The notes under the pieces were generated by a model. The model saw nothing but the letters and a program-made list of their open reading frames with translations, did not search any database and was not told the DNA's origin. A DNA stretch of 31,125 bases from IMG/VR virus record IMGVR_UViG_3300027887_000038, positions 1 to 31,125 of that record. One strand, 5' to 3'. Of the stretch, positions 26,727 through 31,125 are shown in pieces (the first letter of the stretch is position 1; the number at the start of each line of letters is the position of its first letter). Source of the DNA: a virus. Its lineage: Duplodnaviria; Caudoviricetes. The position numbers and the translations under genes are program-made.

Positions 26727-27095
26727 ATGGACCACGCTCCAGAGCATACATCAAACATTTGCGGGCCGGATTGTTTACCCCATCTGCCCATGGAGAAGCC
26801 CGAACCGGCCCCACTGACCGAACGCTGCCGCTGCGGCGAGCCCTGCGACGGCGAGACGGTCTGCCCGGAATGCGGCGGCGCGGTCTGCGAGGACTGCGCC
26901 ACGCCATGCAACTGCCTCGATTGCATGGAGGACGGGCACCGCGAATGCCTCATCGTTGTGGGGCGCGATCAGAAGGGTCGCTGCGAGCGCTGGCTGCGGC
27001 GCTGTGCTCTCGAACAGGCCGCGGTGGATGAGGAGCAGGGGCGGGAGCTGCTCGCGTCTGCGGCCCGCCTGAGGGCAGCGCTGGAGGGGAGATGA
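26727..27095 (+). CDS. Cys-rich putative zinc-finger protein
   Basis: AGGAG RBS; CRCGEPC, CPECGGAVCEDC, CNCLDC...H.EC. Confidence 0.7.
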   Translation: MDHAPEHTSNICGPDCLPHLPMEKPEPAPLTERCRCGEPCDGETVCPECGGAVCEDCATPCNCLDCMEDGHRECLIVVGRDQKGRCERWLRRCALEQAAVDEEQGRELLASAARLRAALEGR

Positions 27096-27319
27096 TTACC
27101 CGAGCTGTTGGCATCATCAACGACAACGGAGAGGAGGTCATGATCGACCTCCCCGACCAGCAGGAACTGCTGGATCGACTCTACGAGATGGAGCGGGACG
27201 GCGATGCGGAGATTGCGCTTTGGAAAGAGCGGCACGAAGCCGTCTGCCAGTTCTCGTTTCTGGTGGTGCTGTACGCCATCGCGATGACGGGCATTGCCAT
27301 GTGGGGGTGGTTGCGATGA
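27092..27319 (+). CDS. Hypothetical protein with C-terminal transmembrane helix
   Basis: GGAGG RBS, ATGA overlap; FSFLVVLYAIAMTGIAMWGWL. Confidence 0.7.
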   Translation: MITRAVGIINDNGEEVMIDLPDQQELLDRLYEMERDGDAEIALWKERHEAVCQFSFLVVLYAIAMTGIAMWGWLR

Positions 27320-27660
27320 GTCCCTCTGAGGACCGTCTTGTCGATGAGGCGATAGACCGCCTGGACCGATTCTCGCGGGTGCTGGCCCGGGAGCGGCTGA
27401 AGGTTCGCGTCCTTCTACTCATCAACATCACACTACTGGCGGCGCTGGTCGGGGTGCTAGTTGGGCTCTACCAAGCCGCTAAGTACGGCAGAATCATTGG
27501 GGTTATGTCTCACAGCTACTTGGTGACGCTGCCGCCAGACCTTCCGAGTGGGGACGGCTACGTCCTGCGGATTGACGACCGCAACAATGCCAGATGGGTA
27601 AAACCTGACTCCTCCACTCATGGGGCGGCGCCCGCGGCCGCCCCGTCTTTGGAGAGGTAG
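27316..27660 (+). CDS. Hypothetical single-pass membrane protein (114 aa)
   Basis: ATGA overlap at 27316; VLLLINITLLAALVGVLVGLY. Confidence 0.65.
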   Translation: MSPSEDRLVDEAIDRLDRFSRVLARERLKVRVLLLINITLLAALVGVLVGLYQAAKYGRIIGVMSHSYLVTLPPDLPSGDGYVLRIDDRNNARWVKPDSSTHGAAPAAAPSLER

Positions 27661-27677
27661 CAACGAAAGAGGAGAAC

Positions 27678-27896
27678 GTGGAACTGCATGAATTGACCAG
27701 TCTTCCGCCCGCAGAGGTGGCGGCGACAATCGAAAACACGGAAAAGCAGATTAGCGTATTGCAACAGCACCTCATCGTGCTGAAAGCCCTGCACTCTGCA
27801 CTGACCGGGATCACGAATGAGCCAAAGCCGCGGCGCGGCCGGCCCAAGGGCTCGAAGGCCAAGCCGAAGCCCGAGACGACCCATGAGGCGGTGTGA
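27678..27896 (+). CDS. Small coiled-coil protein with AT-hook-like motif
   Basis: GAGGAG RBS, GTG start; IENTEKQISVLQQHL coiled coil; KPRRGRPKGSK. Confidence 0.75.
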   Translation: MELHELTSLPPAEVAATIENTEKQISVLQQHLIVLKALHSALTGITNEPKPRRGRPKGSKAKPKPETTHEAV

Positions 27897-27897
27897 C

Positions 27898-28728
27898 ATG
27901 GGCGACATGATCCCAACACCGCAACAGGCCGTCGCGGCCCACCAGGGCATGAATCGCGAGCAGGTCGAGTTGCTCAAACGGACCATCTGCAAAGGCGCAA
28001 CGGACGACGAGTTGTCCCTCTTCCGCATGGTTTGCCAACGCACCGGGCTTGATCCGTTCTCGCGGCAGATTCATGCCGTCAAGAGGAAGGTGAAGAACGA
28101 GGAGACGGGCCAGTGGGAGGACGCCTTGACCTTCCAGACCGGCATCGACGGGTTCCGCCTCATCTCTCAGCGCACCGGACTCTATGAGGGCCAAACGGCT
28201 CCTCAATGGTGCGGAGAAGATGGCGCGTGGAAGGACATCTTGACCGAAAATGTGATGCCCTTTGCGGCGCGAGTCGGAGTCTACCGAAAGGGATTCCGCG
28301 AGCCCATCTGGGGCGTTGCAATGTATCAGGAGTACGTCCAGCGCAAGAGGGATGGAAACCCCATCGCCATGTGGAGCAAGATGGCCTGTACCATGTTGGC
28401 AAAGTGTGCCGAGGCGCAGGCGCACCGCAAGGCATTTCCCCAGGAATCGAGCGGACTATACGCCAACGAGGAGATGATCCAGGCCGTGCCGGCCGAGGAC
28501 GACAAGCCGCTCCCGCCGCCAGAACAACCGCAGATCGTAGACGAAATGCGGAAATCTTTGGAGGCATTCGCTGAGATGAAACAGCGTCTCGGGGCGCGTC
28601 GGTATTACGAGATCCTTGGAGCTGCCGGTTTCGAGCACGCGAACGAGATCCGCGCAATCAAGGACAGACGTCGCATCTGGCATGACATGGACGCCGTGGC
28701 GCGGTCGGTGGAGACGCCCAATGTCTGA
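27898..28728 (+). CDS. bet: Phage recombination protein Bet (RecT/Redbeta single-strand annealing family)
   Basis: ICKGATDDELSLF..VCQRTGLDPFSRQIHAVKR, QTGIDGFRLIS.RTG, W.KM...MLAKCAEAQAHRKAFP..SGLY..EEM. Confidence 0.93.
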   Translation: MGDMIPTPQQAVAAHQGMNREQVELLKRTICKGATDDELSLFRMVCQRTGLDPFSRQIHAVKRKVKNEETGQWEDALTFQTGIDGFRLISQRTGLYEGQTAPQWCGEDGAWKDILTENVMPFAARVGVYRKGFREPIWGVAMYQEYVQRKRDGNPIAMWSKMACTMLAKCAEAQAHRKAFPQESSGLYANEEMIQAVPAEDDKPLPPPEQPQIVDEMRKSLEAFAEMKQRLGARRYYEILGAAGFEHANEIRAIKDRRRIWHDMDAVARSVETPNV

Positions 28729-29227
28729 CCTATCGCTCTACACTCTCGCGTCCGATGCGACCAACCTCCTAGCCGTCGTCACGTCAGACGAGGCCAACGA
28801 GGAGCAGCGCGCGCAAGCTATGGCGCGGCTCGACGAGATCGGCACCGCGCTAATGGCTAAGGTGGACCGCTACGCCGGCTTCATGGCGCACCTGGAGTCA
28901 CAGATCGCTCTCGGAGATGCCGAGGCAAAGCGCCTGGCCGACCGCAAGCGGCGCTTTCAGAACGCTCTGGATTGGATGGAGGGCAACGCTCTCCGGGTGA
29001 TGGACGCTCATGGGTGGAAGGAGTTGGATGGCGACACCACCACTCTCGCCATCCGGCACAACCCGCCCAGCGTGGTGGTCACAAACGATGAGATCTTGCC
29101 GGCGGAGTTCGTCCGCATCACACAGAAGATGGACCCGGACAAAGTGAAGATCAAGGCGGCCCTGAAGGCCGGCGAGGAAGTGCCCGGGGCGCACCTGGAA
29201 ATCAAGCGCGGGATTCGGAGGAAGTGA
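28721..29227 (+). CDS. Siphovirus Gp157 family protein
   Basis: MSDLSLYTL, KVDRYA, EAKRLADRK, IRHNPPSV, LPAEF, DKVKIKAALKAGEEVPGAHL. Confidence 0.9.
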   Translation: MSDLSLYTLASDATNLLAVVTSDEANEEQRAQAMARLDEIGTALMAKVDRYAGFMAHLESQIALGDAEAKRLADRKRRFQNALDWMEGNALRVMDAHGWKELDGDTTTLAIRHNPPSVVVTNDEILPAEFVRITQKMDPDKVKIKAALKAGEEVPGAHLEIKRGIRRK

Positions 29228-29442
29228 TGAGCACCAAGATAACACCGCCGCCGGCGAAGATCAGACAGGAGGAACGGCTACTCCTCATCGCCGAAGCGCT
29301 GGACGATATCGACCGCCACATTGTTCAGCGGAAAAAGTGGGTCGAGAACTGGAAGACCGAGCACGAGGTGTTGCTTCAATCCCTCGGGATGCTACGGGAT
29401 GATGTGAGGCAGATGAGATTGGACGAGCAGGAGGGGTTGTGA
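29227..29442 (+). CDS. Hypothetical coiled-coil protein
   Basis: Translationally coupled on both sides; 71 aa. Confidence 0.65.
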   Translation: MSTKITPPPAKIRQEERLLLIAEALDDIDRHIVQRKKWVENWKTEHEVLLQSLGMLRDDVRQMRLDEQEGL

Positions 29443-29648
29443 TCGAAACTCACCACACTGCCCGGGAGGTTGCCGAGAAGCTCAAGCTTGCGCCGGCCAC
29501 GGTGCGGGTTCACTCGTTCTGCCGCGCTGCACTGGAACTCCTGGACGCCTACCGCCTGTGGAGCGGCGGGCACTCGGACGAGTTCGGCCTACTCATGGCG
29601 ATGGGGGATTGGTGGGTGGAGTTGGGGCTGGTGGAGGCGGGCCGATGA
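29439..29648 (+). CDS. Hypothetical protein with N-terminal HTH-like segment
   Basis: GGAGG RBS, GTGA overlap; HTAREVAEKLKLAPATVR resembles an excisionase-type HTH start. Confidence 0.55.
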   Translation: MIETHHTAREVAEKLKLAPATVRVHSFCRAALELLDAYRLWSGGHSDEFGLLMAMGDWWVELGLVEAGR

Positions 29649-30610
29649 AAGCACCCTTCCCTTGGTTCGGAGGGAAATCCCGCGTGGCTCATGTCGTCTG
29701 GGACCGCTTCGGCGACGTGCCGAACTACGTCGAGCCGTTTGCCGGGTCTCTAGCGGTTCTCCTCGGACGCCCGCACGCACCGAATACAGAGACGGTCAAC
29801 GATCTGGACTGCTACCTGGCAAACTTCTGGCGATCTATCAAACTCGACCCAACATCAACGGCAGCATGGGCGGATTGGCCCGTCAACGAGGCGGACCTTC
29901 TGGCGCGGCACAGATGGCTCGACGCGCAATCGGGGTTTAGGGAGCGGATAAGATCCGACCCCGAGTATTTTGATTGCAGGGTGGCCGGCTGGTGGGTCTG
30001 GGGCCTATGCTCGTGGATCGGATCTGGGTGGTGCGCGCAACGCCGGGATGGGGATCAACCGGAACAACTGCCACACCTGGGCGCCGGGATGGGGATCAAT
30101 TGGAAACTGCCGCACCTGGGCGATGCCGGGAGGGGGATCAACCGGAAACTGCCGCACCTGGGCGATGCCGGGAGGGGCGAGATGATCGCCCGATATTTCG
30201 GGCTGCTATCGGAGCGGCTGCGGGATGTCAGGGTCTGCTGCGGGGAGTGGGACCGGACTCTCGGTGAGTCGGTAACAATAAGACACGGCATGACTGGCGT
30301 GTTTTTGGACCCTCCATATTCTGCGAATGAACACAGCATCACCTATTCAGCCGATAGTGACGTTTCTTCTGCCGTGAGGGATTGGGCGATAGAAAATGGC
30401 GAAAATCCTTCTCTCCGCATCGCTCTTTGCGGCTATGAAGGCGAGCATGATCTGGCCGGGTGGGAATGCTTCGCCTGGAAGAGTTCGGGCGGATATGGAT
30501 CGCAGTCCGACGGCCGGGCGCGGGAGAACGCCACCCGCGAGCGGATCTGGTTTTCCCCCCACTGCCTGAAGCCGATGACTCTGTTTTCAGAAATCGAGGC
30601 CGCCTCATGA
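29645..30610 (+). CDS. Orphan DNA adenine methyltransferase (D12/Dam-like class), 321 aa
   Basis: PFPWFGGKS, YVEPFAGS, ETVNDLD, catalytic VFLDPPY; GGAGG RBS and ATGA overlap. Confidence 0.92.
   Translation: MKAPFPWFGGKSRVAHVVWDRFGDVPNYVEPFAGSLAVLLGRPHAPNTETVNDLDCYLANFWRSIKLDPTSTAAWADWPVNEADLLARHRWLDAQSGFRERIRSDPEYFDCRVAGWWVWGLCSWIGSGWCAQRRDGDQPEQLPHLGAGMGINWKLPHLGDAGRGINRKLPHLGDAGRGEMIARYFGLLSERLRDVRVCCGEWDRTLGESVTIRHGMTGVFLDPPYSANEHSITYSADSDVSSAVRDWAIENGENPSLRIALCGYEGEHDLAGWECFAWKSSGGYGSQSDGRARENATRERIWFSPHCLKPMTLFSEIEAAS
30041..30177 (+). repeat. About 42-bp intragenic tandem repeat (LPHLGDAGRGINRK)
   Basis: 30102-30143 repeats from 30144; degenerate copies at 30041-30101. Confidence 0.9.
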
Positions 30611-30888
30611 CCCAGCTCCCGCTCCCCCTAGCCTCCCGAGCCCCGCGCTACGTCTCGGTGAGCGCCATGGAGGAGAACACCATATACGCCCTACGTCGCC
30701 GCGGCCCATCAACGGCCGACGAACTGGCGGAATGCCTAGAACTCCCCGTCACCTCCATCCGCCCCCGCCTCACGGAGCTCGAATGGGCTGGCCGCGTCGA
30801 GCGCACCGAGGAGCGGCGGATCACCCCTGCTGGCGTGGCGACCGGGCGGCGCATCACGGCGGCGGTGTATCGGGTGGTGCAGCCATGA
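30607..30888 (+). CDS. Winged helix-turn-helix protein (93 aa)
   Basis: GPSTADELAECLELPVTSIRPRLTELEWAGRV; ATGA overlap. Confidence 0.8.
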   Translation: MTQLPLPLASRAPRYVSVSAMEENTIYALRRRGPSTADELAECLELPVTSIRPRLTELEWAGRVERTEERRITPAGVATGRRITAAVYRVVQP

Positions 30889-31125
30889 CCGCCGCTACAC
30901 TCCGCGCTGGTTACCGACCCGGTTCCAAATTGTTGGCGTGGCATTTCGTCGCCGGAAACAGAATGCTGCGCGACGGCTCCCTACTAGTGGAGCCGGGTTA
31001 TATCTACTCCATCGGGGCAGAGGAGTCGGTGGAGATGTGCGAGGTCGGGATGCACGCATCGCGCCGGCCCATCGATGCGCTCAAGTATGCCCCCGGGCCA
31101 GTGGTCTGCCGGGTGCGGGTGTGGG
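30885..31125 (+). CDS. Phage hypothetical protein, truncated by the window end
   Basis: ATGA overlap; open to the end: MTAATLRAG...LAWHF...MCEVGMHASRRPIDALKYAPGPVVCRV, a C..G.HAS....AL.Y pattern seen in phage early proteins. Confidence 0.7.
   Translation, partial: MTAATLRAGYRPGSKLLAWHFVAGNRMLRDGSLLVEPGYIYSIGAEESVEMCEVGMHASRRPIDALKYAPGPVVCRVRVW

Noticed and set aside
30041-30177. Repeat array as CRISPR
   Set aside because: Units are contiguous, lack unique spacers and encode protein.
1-31125. Numerous minus-strand and nested ORFs in the track (e.g. 1047-1817, 11277-11903, 26072-26647, 27811-28425)
   Set aside because: They shadow well-supported + strand genes in high-GC DNA and have no recognisable motifs.

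Overview
The window is about 31 kb of a tailed dsDNA phage or prophage (HK97-type head, long non-contractile tail), with every credible gene on the + strand. The order is terS, terL, portal, prohead protease, major capsid, head-tail connector, an inserted glycosyltransferase/methyltransferase fusion, head closure, tail completion, tail terminator, tail tube, tail assembly chaperones with a -1 frameshift, tape measure, a large hub/fibre protein, and about 8 kb of adhesin/fibre-like genes. These are followed by small membrane (lysis-like) genes with no recognisable endolysin, a promoter/operator region with a ribbon-helix-helix gene, and early genes (Bet-like annealase, Gp157, DNA adenine methyltransferase, HTH). 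The most unusual signal is that five genes in the tail operon (12052, 16646, 17081, 18117, 20520) begin with classical Sec-type signal peptides and have paired cysteines, and several are built from phage tail-fibre/structural modules; one shares a domain with the tail hub itself. This suggests an exported, disulfide-bonded set of virion accessories or host-surface proteins. All family assignments come from motif recognition and gene order; no searches were run.
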